Below, one piece after another: positions 9,625 through 18,323 of a DNA stretch of 64,000 nt. Made by a program: the position numbers and the translations under genes. The DNA lies in the NCBI GenBank assembly GCA_963760795.1, contig CAVXEP010000010.1, positions 1-64,000 of the forward strand, read 5' to 3'. This stretch comes from an uncultured delta proteobacterium (GTDB lineage Bacteria > Desulfobacterota > Binatia > UBA9968). The notes under the pieces were generated by a model. It searched no databases. It had not been told where the DNA came from and worked only from the letters and a program-made list of their open reading frames with translations. The first letter of the stretch is position 1; each line of letters starts with the position of its first letter.

Positions 9625-9689
9625 GGTCGAGGATCGAAGATGGAGGATCGAGGATCGAAAAGCGCCATCTTCTATCCTCCATCCTCGCC
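9625..9689. repeat. Heptamer-periodic imperfect palindrome (GAGGATC-type units)
   Basis: GAGGATC GAAGATG GAGGATC GAGGATC ... CATCTTC TATCCTC CATCCTC; related inverted copy at 61124-61194. Confidence 0.8.
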
Positions 9690-9739
9690 GAGAACGTAGG
9701 CGATGGCCCGCGCTAATACGGCAAGATTAGATCAAAACC

Positions 9740-11338
9740 ATGAACAACAGCGATCTCATTGTCCGTACGCTGGAACAGGCCGGAGTGCGCTGGGTATTCG
9801 GTATCCCGAGCGGGCCGGTGTTGCCGTTGATCGAGGCGTTGCGTCAGAGCTCAGTGCAGTTTGTCCTCACCGCCACCGAAACTTCGGCGGCGTTCATGGC
9901 TTCGGCGGTGGGTTATCTGACCGCGGTTCCCGGCGTCTGTGCGTCGACGGTCGGTCCCGGCGCGACCAATTTAACCACCGGCGTCGGTTGCGCCTGGTTG
10001 GACCGCGCGCCGCTGTTGGCGATCACTTGTAATGTCGCCACGCCTTGGCTCGAGCGGCGTATTCAGATGCGCATCGATCATCACAAGCTATTCGAGCCGC
10101 TGACCAAGGCGACCTTAGCTTGCCGCCATGGCAATGTCGGCGAGATGTTCGCTCAGGCGATTGGCATCGCAACGCAAGAACCGCCGGGGCCGGTGCATCT
10201 CGACTTGCCGGAGGATGTCGCCAAGGCTATGGCGCTGGACAATCGCAGTACGCCAACGGCGAAAGCAGTGCTGCCGGATCTATCCGAGGAAGGTGCCGCG
10301 GCAATTGCCAATGCGTTGAACAACGCCAAGCGTCCGTTGCTAATCACCGGTTTGTCGTTCACTCGCAGCGCAGCGAGTCAGTCTCTGCGGCAATTCGTCG
10401 AGCGGCAAACCATTCCTTTTGTCACGACGCTCCATGGTAAGGGTTTTTTGCCGGAGAGCCATGGAAACTTCGCCGGCGTCATTGGCCGGGCGCGGCGCAG
10501 CGATGTCAAAAAGTTCACCGATAGAGCCGATCTCATCATCGCCGTTGGCTACGATCCCATCGAGATCAATTACGAGGAGTGGGTGAAGCCCGGGACGCCG
10601 ATCGTTCACCTCAGCACCGAAGCGGCTGAGAGCGGCAACGGTGTGAATCTGATTTGGAACAAGGCCTGCAACTTGGACGCGGCGATTCGAGCAATGAGCG
10701 CCACTCCGGCCACGGCGAATGACTGGTGCGCGCGGGACTTCCACGCGTATCGCGATGCTTTGGACCAAGCGCTCCGTCCAGCCAGCGCGAACTTTGCGCC
10801 GTTTCAGGCTTTGGATGTTTTGCGCGAGAGGCTTCCGGCCGACGGCATACTGGCTTACGATGTCGGCGCGCACACCCATCAGATCGCTAGCCAATGGCGC
10901 ACCGATGTGGCCAGAACTCTGCTCGCGACCAACGGTTGGTCGTCGATGGGCTACGGCATGCCGGCGGCGTACGCGGCGAAACTCGTTCATCCCCATCGCG
11001 CGGTTGTCTGCGTGGTCGGCGACGGCGGCTTTCAAATGACCGCCGGCGAATTGGCGCTGGCGCGCCGGCTGAATCTCGCCGTGCCGGTGATCGTGCTCAA
11101 CGACGGCTGGCTTGGCTTGATGAAAGTCAAACAAGAAAAACGCCACTATCCGCTTTCCGGCGTGCGTCTCGGCGCGCCGCCGGAGTCACCGGCGCATTAC
11201 TTCGGCGTCCCCTGCCGCGCCGCCAAGACGCCGGAGGAATTTCGCAACGCCCTCGATTGGGCATTCGCCCTCGATGGACCCACCGTCATTGAAGCCTTTG
11301 TCGACGCCGACAGCTATAGCACAACCGTCTTCGACTAA
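9740..11338 (+). CDS. Thiamine pyrophosphate-binding enzyme (acetolactate synthase-like superfamily)
   Basis: Conserved N-terminal Glu (TETSAAFMA), GPGATN, GPVHLDLP, MGYGMP, GDGG...N motif. Confidence 0.9.
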   Translation: MNNSDLIVRTLEQAGVRWVFGIPSGPVLPLIEALRQSSVQFVLTATETSAAFMASAVGYLTAVPGVCASTVGPGATNLTTGVGCAWLDRAPLLAITCNVATPWLERRIQMRIDHHKLFEPLTKATLACRHGNVGEMFAQAIGIATQEPPGPVHLDLPEDVAKAMALDNRSTPTAKAVLPDLSEEGAAAIANALNNAKRPLLITGLSFTRSAASQSLRQFVERQTIPFVTTLHGKGFLPESHGNFAGVIGRARRSDVKKFTDRADLIIAVGYDPIEINYEEWVKPGTPIVHLSTEAAESGNGVNLIWNKACNLDAAIRAMSATPATANDWCARDFHAYRDALDQALRPASANFAPFQALDVLRERLPADGILAYDVGAHTHQIASQWRTDVARTLLATNGWSSMGYGMPAAYAAKLVHPHRAVVCVVGDGGFQMTAGELALARRLNLAVPVIVLNDGWLGLMKVKQEKRHYPLSGVRLGAPPESPAHYFGVPCRAAKTPEEFRNALDWAFALDGPTVIEAFVDADSYSTTVFD

Positions 11339-11354
11339 TCTCCCCGTTTATCGC

Positions 11355-12578
11355 ATGGCCGCCGGCACCTCGTTGAAGCGGGACCCTGTCCGCTGGAAGA
11401 TCCTCGCGCTGATCAGCGTGTCGCATGTCATCGGCGCCGCGGCGCAGTACGGTATCAACACTTTAGCGCCATTCTACAAAGACGAGCTCGGACTTTCGCG
11501 CGCCCAGGTGGGGTTGTTTTTTTCGTCATTCTATTTAGCCATGACCGGCGCGTCGTTTGGCACCGGTTGGCTGGCGGATCGCTTGGGTGTGCGCAAAACC
11601 ACCCTGCAAGGGCATGTGTTCCTGGGTCTATGCACCATGGCGGCGGCTTTTTCGCAGTCCTTCGAGTTTGGCTGCCTAAGCTTTTTCTTGGCCGGGTTTG
11701 GCTACAGCTTTCTCAATCCGGCGTCGACCATCGGCGTAATGTACTGGTTTCACCGTGACGAGCGCGCGACCGCCATGGGCGCAAAGCAGACCGGAGTGCC
11801 GGGTGGCGGCGTGCTCGCGGCGATCGTCGCGCCGTCGCTGGTACTGTTGATCGGTTGGCGTGGCTCGTTAGCCGCCCTGGGCGTACTTAATTTGATTTTC
11901 GGTTTCATCTTCTCATGGCTGTGGCGCGAGCCGGCGGCCGAGAACGTCCCGGTCGCCGAAGCCAACCATGACGCCGCAACCACCGACGGACCACTGAATG
12001 TTTGGGGGCTGTTGCCGATTAGCTGCGCGACGGCGATTTATTTGATCGGCCAGATGGCGCTGATCACTTACTTGCCGTTGTATCTGAAAGACGCCATGGA
12101 GTTTTCACCTTACTGGGCGAGCCAGGCGCTCGCCCTCACCCAGGCGGGGGCGATGATCGGGCGGGTCGGTTGGGGCGTCGTCAGCGACCGGATCTTCGCT
12201 GGCCGCCGTAAGATCGTGCTGATATGGATCGGCGTATTGTCGGTGATTCTCTTCACGGCGTTAAGTTTGATGGGACGCGACTCCTCCTACTTGGTCCTCA
12301 TGGCGATCTTGTTTCTTTCCGGCGTCTGCATCGTCGGTTACCAAGGCGTTTCCTACGCGCTCATCGGCGAGATCGCCGGCAAGGCCAAGACCGGCACCGG
12401 GCTCGGCATGATGATCACCATCAATGCCGGCGCGGCGACGTTGGGCACGCCGATTTTCGGTTACATCGTCGATCGCACCGGCTCCTATCCGATTGCCTGG
12501 CAAGTCCTCGGAGCCGGGATCGCCATCGGCATGCTCGCCATGGCGACCCTGCTCAAAGAGACTGCGCGCACGCGCTAG
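11355..12578 (+). CDS. MFS transporter
   Basis: About 12 TM; GWLADRLGVR motif A; GVVSDRIFAGRR. Confidence 0.92.
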   Translation: MAAGTSLKRDPVRWKILALISVSHVIGAAAQYGINTLAPFYKDELGLSRAQVGLFFSSFYLAMTGASFGTGWLADRLGVRKTTLQGHVFLGLCTMAAAFSQSFEFGCLSFFLAGFGYSFLNPASTIGVMYWFHRDERATAMGAKQTGVPGGGVLAAIVAPSLVLLIGWRGSLAALGVLNLIFGFIFSWLWREPAAENVPVAEANHDAATTDGPLNVWGLLPISCATAIYLIGQMALITYLPLYLKDAMEFSPYWASQALALTQAGAMIGRVGWGVVSDRIFAGRRKIVLIWIGVLSVILFTALSLMGRDSSYLVLMAILFLSGVCIVGYQGVSYALIGEIAGKAKTGTGLGMMITINAGAATLGTPIFGYIVDRTGSYPIAWQVLGAGIAIGMLAMATLLKETARTR

Positions 12579-12637
12579 CACGGCGGGGTTTTCCGAGCCA
12601 GTTGCTCGCTATCGGCGTCGGCGATTTTCTACCTATG

Positions 12638-13459
12638 TCAGCTTGTCATTCCGAGGCTGGTCGGCAGAGTCGTGAGGTCGGCCTGCACATGCTTGATGCC
12701 GGGAATCGCTTCAATGTAGGTGACGACTTGCCGTGCGGTAATCCATTCCGGCACAGTCCCAGTGACAAAAATATCGCCCTCATTGACTTTGACCTCGACC
12801 CGCACCTGAGACAGGTCTTCAGCTAGCGCTAAGGTGGCGCGAACTCGCGATGCCAGCGCGAAGTTTTCAAACGCTTGCTTCGAGGCTTGGGTCATTTGAT
12901 AATCCGGCGCATGGGCCGCAGCGACGATCAATTGTTTCGCCGTCGCCACGCTCATATGGCCAAGATTGACCACCAAGTCGTAGCGGCTGGCATCGCGCCA
13001 ATCGGCGCCGAACATGCCTTGGAGCCGGCGCGTGCGCGCCTTATCGACTTCATCGACGTAGCGCCGCGCGGCGATTTCATTGAGCTTGTGACGCGCGCGC
13101 ACTTGCTCGACGCGCATTTCCATCGGTGCCGTGAGCAAGACTTTGAGAACATGCTGGAACTTGGGAATGAGCTCGTGACCCAGGTGACCGTGATAGACGA
13201 TGCCATGATCACGGGCGAGCTCGCAAAACGCTGCTTGCAAAGCGATGCGATAAGGGTCGAGATTGCGCGTGAAGGTCGCCCACCAACTCGGTTCTCGCTC
13301 GACGATTTCGTTGAGTTTGGATTCTGGGATGCCGTACTGCAAGCTGGCCTGAACCAGCACTTCGCGGTCGACAGGGCGGTAACCCAACGCCTGTGCCACA
13401 CTATCGCCCAACTCTTCGCCGCTGCCTGAAGCGCCCTGATAGATTGTGATGATTTGCAT
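12638..13459 (-). CDS. Cytidylate kinase-like protein with a C-terminal BON-like domain
   Basis: IITI...GSG N-terminus, VYHGH, DASRYDLVVN; C-terminal VEVKVNEGDIFVTG...IPGIKHV. Confidence 0.75.
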   Translation of the reverse strand: MQIITIYQGASGSGEELGDSVAQALGYRPVDREVLVQASLQYGIPESKLNEIVEREPSWWATFTRNLDPYRIALQAAFCELARDHGIVYHGHLGHELIPKFQHVLKVLLTAPMEMRVEQVRARHKLNEIAARRYVDEVDKARTRRLQGMFGADWRDASRYDLVVNLGHMSVATAKQLIVAAAHAPDYQMTQASKQAFENFALASRVRATLALAEDLSQVRVEVKVNEGDIFVTGTVPEWITARQVVTYIEAIPGIKHVQADLTTLPTSLGMTS

Positions 13460-13548
13460 GGTCCCTCCCGGTCTGAATGCGCTAACCGTAAACGCCTGTC
13501 GTTACGCTAAGCCGATAATGGATCCGTGGCGCCCTGCCATGGACAAAA

Positions 13549-14037
13549 TCACTGTGCCAGACCCCTTGGCAAGACGAGCCCTTCTCTAAACGCCTGGGCC
13601 GCCTCTTCTTCGAACAGTGGCCCCACCACTTCGACGGGGTGAGTGCCTCTGGCCAGCACCTCGGCGCAGTGTTCGAATAGTTGCTCCGAATGCTGGCCGA
13701 CCAGTTGTCTCAGGCGGGCGTTGCTGAGACCGAAGACGACGCGGCCCACGCCGCTCCAGAATATCGCACCGGCGCACATCGGGCAGGGCTCGGCATTGAC
13801 GTAGAGCGTGCAATGGCCCAGCAAGTGGCGGGGAAATTGCCGCGACGCCTGGGCGAGCAGCCTGGTTTCGGCGTGGCTGGTGCAGTCATGGGTGGCGTGT
13901 TTGGCGTTTTCCGCCTCGATTAGAATTCTGCCGCGATTGCTTACCAACACCGCGCCAAACGGCCGATCGCCATGATCGCGCGCGCGGTCGGCGACCATCA
14001 AGGCATAGCGCAGATAGCGATGATCCGCTTCTAGCAT
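13549..14037 (-). CDS. Nucleoside/nucleobase deaminase (TadA/GuaD-like)
   Basis: PFGAVLV, HAE, EPCPMC zinc motifs. Confidence 0.9.
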   Translation of the reverse strand: MLEADHRYLRYALMVADRARDHGDRPFGAVLVSNRGRILIEAENAKHATHDCTSHAETRLLAQASRQFPRHLLGHCTLYVNAEPCPMCAGAIFWSGVGRVVFGLSNARLRQLVGQHSEQLFEHCAEVLARGTHPVEVVGPLFEEEAAQAFREGLVLPRGLAQ

Positions 14038-14107
14038 AATCTTCCCCTGATCCTTACCGCTGCTATTAAAACTGCCCAGCGCCGGACCGAAACTGGTTGG
14101 CGCGGCG

Positions 14108-14146
14108 AAAAATGACAAGGGCGTCCTTCGCAGAAGGACGCCCTTG
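14108..14146 (-). terminator. Intrinsic terminator-like hairpin upstream of the deaminase
   Basis: Perfect 14-bp stem CAAGGGCGTCCTTC/GAAGGACGCCCTTG followed by TCATTTTT on the minus strand. Confidence 0.7.
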
Positions 14147-14172
14147 CGGCGCGTATCGCGCACTTAATTGCG

Positions 14173-14259
14173 CTATTTAGTTTGTCCTGATTCCCACTGC
14201 CCACGGTTCCATGGGCTTCGCTCCGGAACGCACTCACGTGAGAGACCTCCGCGTGTCAT
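14173..14259 (-). CDS. Candidate 28-aa small ORF
   Basis: MTRGGLSRECVPERSPWNRGQWESGQTK*; purine-rich upstream; stop lies in the AACTAAATAG motif. Confidence 0.3.
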   Translation of the reverse strand: MTRGGLSRECVPERSPWNRGQWESGQTK

Positions 14260-14334
14260 ACTACCTACGACCTTCCTCACTATGTCGCTAAAGCGACTAT
14301 TTGCCTTCAGGCTATTTAGTTGAGGTCCGGTTAG

Positions 14335-14427
14335 TTAACGCCGCTGCGTGAGACGGGCTAGATGTCCGGAGCGGGAGCCGCCCGCAAACAGCGGGCATAC
14401 GTGGTTCGGTGGATTTCCGTCTTGCAT
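14335..14427 (-). CDS. Candidate 30-aa small ORF with a very strong SD
   Basis: GAAAGGAGGT-7nt-ATG; MQDGNPPNHVCPLFAGGSRSGHLARLTQRR*. Confidence 0.45.
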   Translation of the reverse strand: MQDGNPPNHVCPLFAGGSRSGHLARLTQRR

Positions 14428-14516
14428 AGCAAAGACCTCCTTTCACACCTTGGGGCTTTAATCCGTTTGCGACCCCCTCGCCCCTACGCCTGGCGGCGTT
14501 CAGTGGGTCTGATATC

Positions 14517-14545
14517 GCTCTACGACTGCGCAGTACGAATGTCAA
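14517..14545 (-). promoter_or_regulatory. Candidate sigma70 promoter for the 14.1-14.5 kb unit
   Basis: TTGACA-N17-TAGAGC (perfect -35, weak -10). Confidence 0.4.
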
Positions 14546-14672
14546 GGGCAAAAATACCTTCGGTCAGATCACAGTTGCACCCGCTATGCCACGTCCAACG
14601 CCGTTGACTTCGAGTCGCTGCGGAGTTTTAATTTTTGCCAGTCATTGCTCAAAGTCGCCAACCGGAGACGCT

Positions 14673-15260
14673 ATGCAACGTAAAGTTTTTTTCTGTTGTC
14701 TTGCCTTGCTGTTGATCGTCACCATCCCCGCGCTGAGCGCCGAACCGGAACGGTCGAAGCCGCCGGTGCCGGAAGAACTGTCCGATGCCTGGGAAAGCTT
14801 TCAACGCGCGTTGCACGACTGGGGCGGCCGGTTGTGGGAGCGTGTCGGGCCGCGTGGCGGCCGCGAAGACCGCCCGGTGATCAGCCAGATGCTCAACAAC
14901 AAAGAGGCGCTGGGATTGTCCGCGGATCAAGTACGCCGGTTGGAGCAGCAGCGCGATAATTTCCAGCGCTTGACCATCCGCAACGAAGCGGACTTGCGCA
15001 TCCTGGAGCTCGATATCGCCACCTTGCTCGACAGCGAGCCGGTGGAAATGGCCAAGCTGGAAGCGAAAATGCGCGAGGAAGAAAAGCTCCGCACCGACCT
15101 GCGCATCGCGCGCATCCGCGCCATCGAGCAGGGCAAGGCGCTGCTCAACGCCGAACAAAAGAAAAAATTAACCGAGCTGCCGCGCCAATCGCTGACACTG
15201 CGATGGCCGCCGACAAGTCAAAATCCGTCCGCTACGGAACGAGGACAACCTTCCCGGTAG
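14673..15260 (+). CDS. Spy/CpxP-like periplasmic protein
   Basis: Signal peptide, LGLSADQ and LLNAEQ (LTxxQ-like) motifs, helical. Confidence 0.75.
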   Translation: MQRKVFFCCLALLLIVTIPALSAEPERSKPPVPEELSDAWESFQRALHDWGGRLWERVGPRGGREDRPVISQMLNNKEALGLSADQVRRLEQQRDNFQRLTIRNEADLRILELDIATLLDSEPVEMAKLEAKMREEEKLRTDLRIARIRAIEQGKALLNAEQKKKLTELPRQSLTLRWPPTSQNPSATERGQPSR

Positions 15261-16200
15261 TTTTTCTGCCTTCCAATCGCCTGTGCGCGTCGGCGGCGTC
15301 TAGCAGCGAGAACGTGCCGTCGATACGCAGCTTCAGCTTGCCGCTCGCGGTCCAGTTGAATAGATCGTTAGCGCGCTGGAGCAATTCATTGCGATCGAGC
15401 ATATAGTGAGCCAGGCTTGGGCGGGTAAGAAAGAGCGAACCCTTGGCCGCGAGCTTCCCCGGATCGAATGGCGCCACCGGCCCGCTCGACTGGCCGAACA
15501 GCACGATATAACCGCGCGGGCGCAGGCAATCCAGACTCTTGTCGAACGTCGTCGCGCCGACGGAATCGTAAACAACATGCGCGCCTTTACCTGCCGTGAG
15601 CTTTTTCACTTCAGCTAGAAAGTCTGTCTGCGTGTAATGAATCACGTCATCCGCGCCGGCCTGCTTGGCAAGCTGAGCTTTAGCTTCGGTGCCAACCGTG
15701 CCGATGACCCGCGCGCCGAGCATCTTAGCGATCTGAATCAGCAGCAGCCCAACGCCGCCCGCCGCGGCGTGAATCAGTGCGGTGTCGCCTCTTTTCAGTG
15801 GATATGTGTTGTGCGTCAGATAATGCGCCGTCATGCCTTGCAGCATGATCGCGGCGCCGGACTTGTAATCGACGTTGGCCGGCAGCGGTGCCAACTTCGC
15901 CGCCGGCACGATGGCGTACTCCGCGTAAGAACCAAGAATCATCGCGTAAGCGACCCGGTCGCCGGTTTTTACTTCAGTCACACCGTCGCCAATCGCTTCG
16001 ACGATGCCCGCCCCTTCCATCCCCAACGTAAATGGCGTCTGCAAAGGATAAAGCCCTGTGCGTTGGTAGATGTCGATGTAATTGAGACCGATCGCTGCGA
16101 GCTTGACGCGCGCCTCGCCGGCCTTGGGTTCGGGAACCGCGATGTCTTCTTGGGTTAAGACTTCGGGGCCGCCGTAATTGTAGATGCAGATTGCTTTCAT
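15232..16200 (-). CDS. qor: NADPH:quinone oxidoreductase (zeta-crystallin family)
   Basis: [41 protein letters not shown]. Confidence 0.93.
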   Translation of the reverse strand: MKAICIYNYGGPEVLTQEDIAVPEPKAGEARVKLAAIGLNYIDIYQRTGLYPLQTPFTLGMEGAGIVEAIGDGVTEVKTGDRVAYAMILGSYAEYAIVPAAKLAPLPANVDYKSGAAIMLQGMTAHYLTHNTYPLKRGDTALIHAAAGGVGLLLIQIAKMLGARVIGTVGTEAKAQLAKQAGADDVIHYTQTDFLAEVKKLTAGKGAHVVYDSVGATTFDKSLDCLRPRGYIVLFGQSSGPVAPFDPGKLAAKGSLFLTRPSLAHYMLDRNELLQRANDLFNWTASGKLKLRIDGTFSLLDAADAHRRLEGRKTTGKVVLVP

Positions 16201-16462
16201 GAATCACTCTCCATCGAGTCGCCGATTGATTACCGCGTATCCGGTTGTACAGGTAATTTCAACTGCGCTGTTTCATGGCAGTAGCTCAACTTGTTAACCC
16301 GTTGTCGCCAGGCGCAATCGGGTGCCGTGAAACCGGCAAACCAAGATATCATCAGCGCGGGTCGGCTAGCATTTGTCTTTTCACTGTCGTTCCAATAGCC
16401 TGCCGTTAAGAAAGTCCCGACAGGATCAGGAAAATAAGTTCCCGGTCGTGTCTGAGAGTGTC

Positions 16463-17281
16463 ATGAAGAGCTTTGGACAAAGTAGAATTTCACGGGTCAT
16501 CCTTGGCTCAGCTGTTGCTATCAGCTTACTGCTGTCCTCGAGCCCATTCGCCCAAGCCTCCTGCCGTGATCCCGATGTCGCGCGCGGGTTTAGATCGCTC
16601 GCCTACGCGGCCAATGTTGACGCGACGATTCAATACTTTGGCCACAATTTTTTCCTGATTACGACGAGCAAAGGCACGCGCATCGTCGCCGATCCTTTGG
16701 GACCTGGATGGTATCCCAATCCCAACGTCGCCGCCGATGTCGTCACCGTCGGCAAGGAAATGTTCAACCACAATGCCGTGCAGATCGTCCTGGGAAATCC
16801 GCTGGTCTTGCGCGGACTGAAAAACTACGGCGCCGACTGGAACATGGTCAGCACCAGTGTCAAAGATACTTTCATTTACAGCGTGCCGATTCATCAGAAC
16901 GCCGACTTTATCCAGGGGATTCACGGTGCCGCATTCGTCTTCGACCTCGGCGTCTTGTGCATCGCCCACCTGGGCGACTTGAGCCAAAAATTGAACGAGC
17001 AACAGATCAAAGCTTTCGGCAAAGTCGATATCGCGCTCACGCCCATCGGCGGCGGCCGTACCATGGCTCCGGACTTGGCGAGAGAAGTTCTTACCCAGCT
17101 CAAGCCCAAAATCGCCATCCCGATGCACCATCGGGATAATCCGTATCTGATCAAGCAATTCACCGCCGGTATGAAGACGCAGCTGTTGGACACCGATACC
17201 TTGGCCGTGAGCAAGGACGCGCTGCCGTTGCCGACGGAGATCCGTGTTCTCCAGCCCCGCGGCGTGATGAATTACCGGTGA
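16463..17281 (+). CDS. Exported MBL-fold protein with a degenerate metal motif
   Basis: Signal peptide; YFGHNFF, ADP, HLGDL, IPMH; HxHxDH replaced by KEMFNH. Confidence 0.8.
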   Translation: MKSFGQSRISRVILGSAVAISLLLSSSPFAQASCRDPDVARGFRSLAYAANVDATIQYFGHNFFLITTSKGTRIVADPLGPGWYPNPNVAADVVTVGKEMFNHNAVQIVLGNPLVLRGLKNYGADWNMVSTSVKDTFIYSVPIHQNADFIQGIHGAAFVFDLGVLCIAHLGDLSQKLNEQQIKAFGKVDIALTPIGGGRTMAPDLAREVLTQLKPKIAIPMHHRDNPYLIKQFTAGMKTQLLDTDTLAVSKDALPLPTEIRVLQPRGVMNYR

Positions 17282-17415
17282 GCTCGACTTAGTCCCGAGC
17301 GACTTTGTATCAGTGATGTCGCTCGAAGTCAGTGAATTTCAGCCATCCGTGTTTCCAGATGCTGCCTGGCACTTCTCTTTCTCCTGCAACACATTACTGA
17401 ACTTCGACCGAAATC

Positions 17416-18207
17416 CTACCGCTGCCCCCAAGGCATGACGATGGTCTCGATCGGCTGCGGCAACTCCGGTTTGGATATTTTCAGCACCGGCGTGCTGAGC
17501 ATTTTTACCCGCGTCAGGCCCTGGGTGTATTCCTGCACGGCTTGTTCCCACCAGAAGTGTTTGGGGATGGCGATTTTGGGATTGACTAGCTTGGTGACTT
17601 CACGGGCTTCTGTTGGCGTGACGGTGAAGTAGCCACCGGCGATGGGCACCAGCAGAATATCGATCTTGCCCATCATCTTGAGTTGGTCGGGGGTCAGCAC
17701 ATGGCCCAGGTCGCCCAAATGGGCGATGCAGATGTCGTCGACTTTGAATACAAAGATGGCGTTCTTGCCGCGCTGCATGCCGCGGCTTTTGTCGTGATAG
17801 GCGGGAACGACATAAACCGACACGTCGCGGATAGTTGTCGAGATCTTTTGCCAGTCTTCCCCGCTCGGCGTGAGGCCGTGGAAAATTACCGGCGTGCCGG
17901 GCGCCATGTGGACGCTGCTATGCGGACCGTGGCGGTGGCTGCTGGTGACGATATGTTGCGGCAAAGTCGGGCGCGGCAGATCGAAAGCGCCGTGCGGGTC
18001 GGTGAGGACTCGGGTTCCTTTCGACGACGTGATTTCAAAGGTCGAGTGGCCCAACCACTCAATAGTCACTTGCGGCGCGCCTGCCGCCGCGGTGCGCATG
18101 ATGCCACCCCGCTGCACGACTTCAAGTTCATGGCAGAAGGCCAGAACCCGCGCCGGCGATACCAGCAGCGCGAACATTAATGTGACTCGGTAGAGGATTC
18201 GAATCAT
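17416..18207 (-). CDS. Exported MBL-fold metallo-hydrolase (paralog)
   Basis: Signal peptide; WLGHSTF, TDP, SHRHGPH, PAYHD, HLGDLG. Confidence 0.85.
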   Translation of the reverse strand: MIRILYRVTLMFALLVSPARVLAFCHELEVVQRGGIMRTAAAGAPQVTIEWLGHSTFEITSSKGTRVLTDPHGAFDLPRPTLPQHIVTSSHRHGPHSSVHMAPGTPVIFHGLTPSGEDWQKISTTIRDVSVYVVPAYHDKSRGMQRGKNAIFVFKVDDICIAHLGDLGHVLTPDQLKMMGKIDILLVPIAGGYFTVTPTEAREVTKLVNPKIAIPKHFWWEQAVQEYTQGLTRVKMLSTPVLKISKPELPQPIETIVMPWGQR

Positions 18208-18230
18208 TATCGGTTGGTCCGGGTTTTATT

Positions 18231-18314
18231 GTCGGGGCATCCTATGTGATTGCCCTTCCGTCGAAGGGAGGACACCCTTCGACTCGGCTCGGGACAGGCG
18301 CCGGTCCGCCCTAC
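18231..18314. repeat. REP/BIME-like pair with a nested second palindromic element
   Basis: Minus strand: GTAGGGCGGACCGGCG[CCTGTCCCGAGCCGAGTCGAAGGG]TGTCCTCCC ... GGGCAATCACATAGGATGCCCCGAC. Confidence 0.55.
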
Positions 18315-18323
18315 AAGTTATTT

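Larger units (their letters stand above)
14105..14510 (-). ncRNA. Candidate structured RNA or leader of unknown family
   Basis: Candidate promoter upstream, three nested complementary segments, local hairpins, repeated AACTAAATAGC, strong terminal hairpin plus U-tract. Confidence 0.45.

Noticed and set aside
14105-14510. tmRNA or RNase P identity for the structured region (GGGGGTCGCAAACGG and GAGGAAGGTC resemble their conserved segments)
   Set aside because: No T-arm/CCA 3' end or tag-like ORF for tmRNA, and no exact GAGGAAAGTCC or matching 3' P4 strand for RNase P
15232-15260. 29-nt 3' overlap of the Spy-like gene and qor as an antisense control system
   Set aside because: Short convergent overlaps are common and nothing else supports regulation
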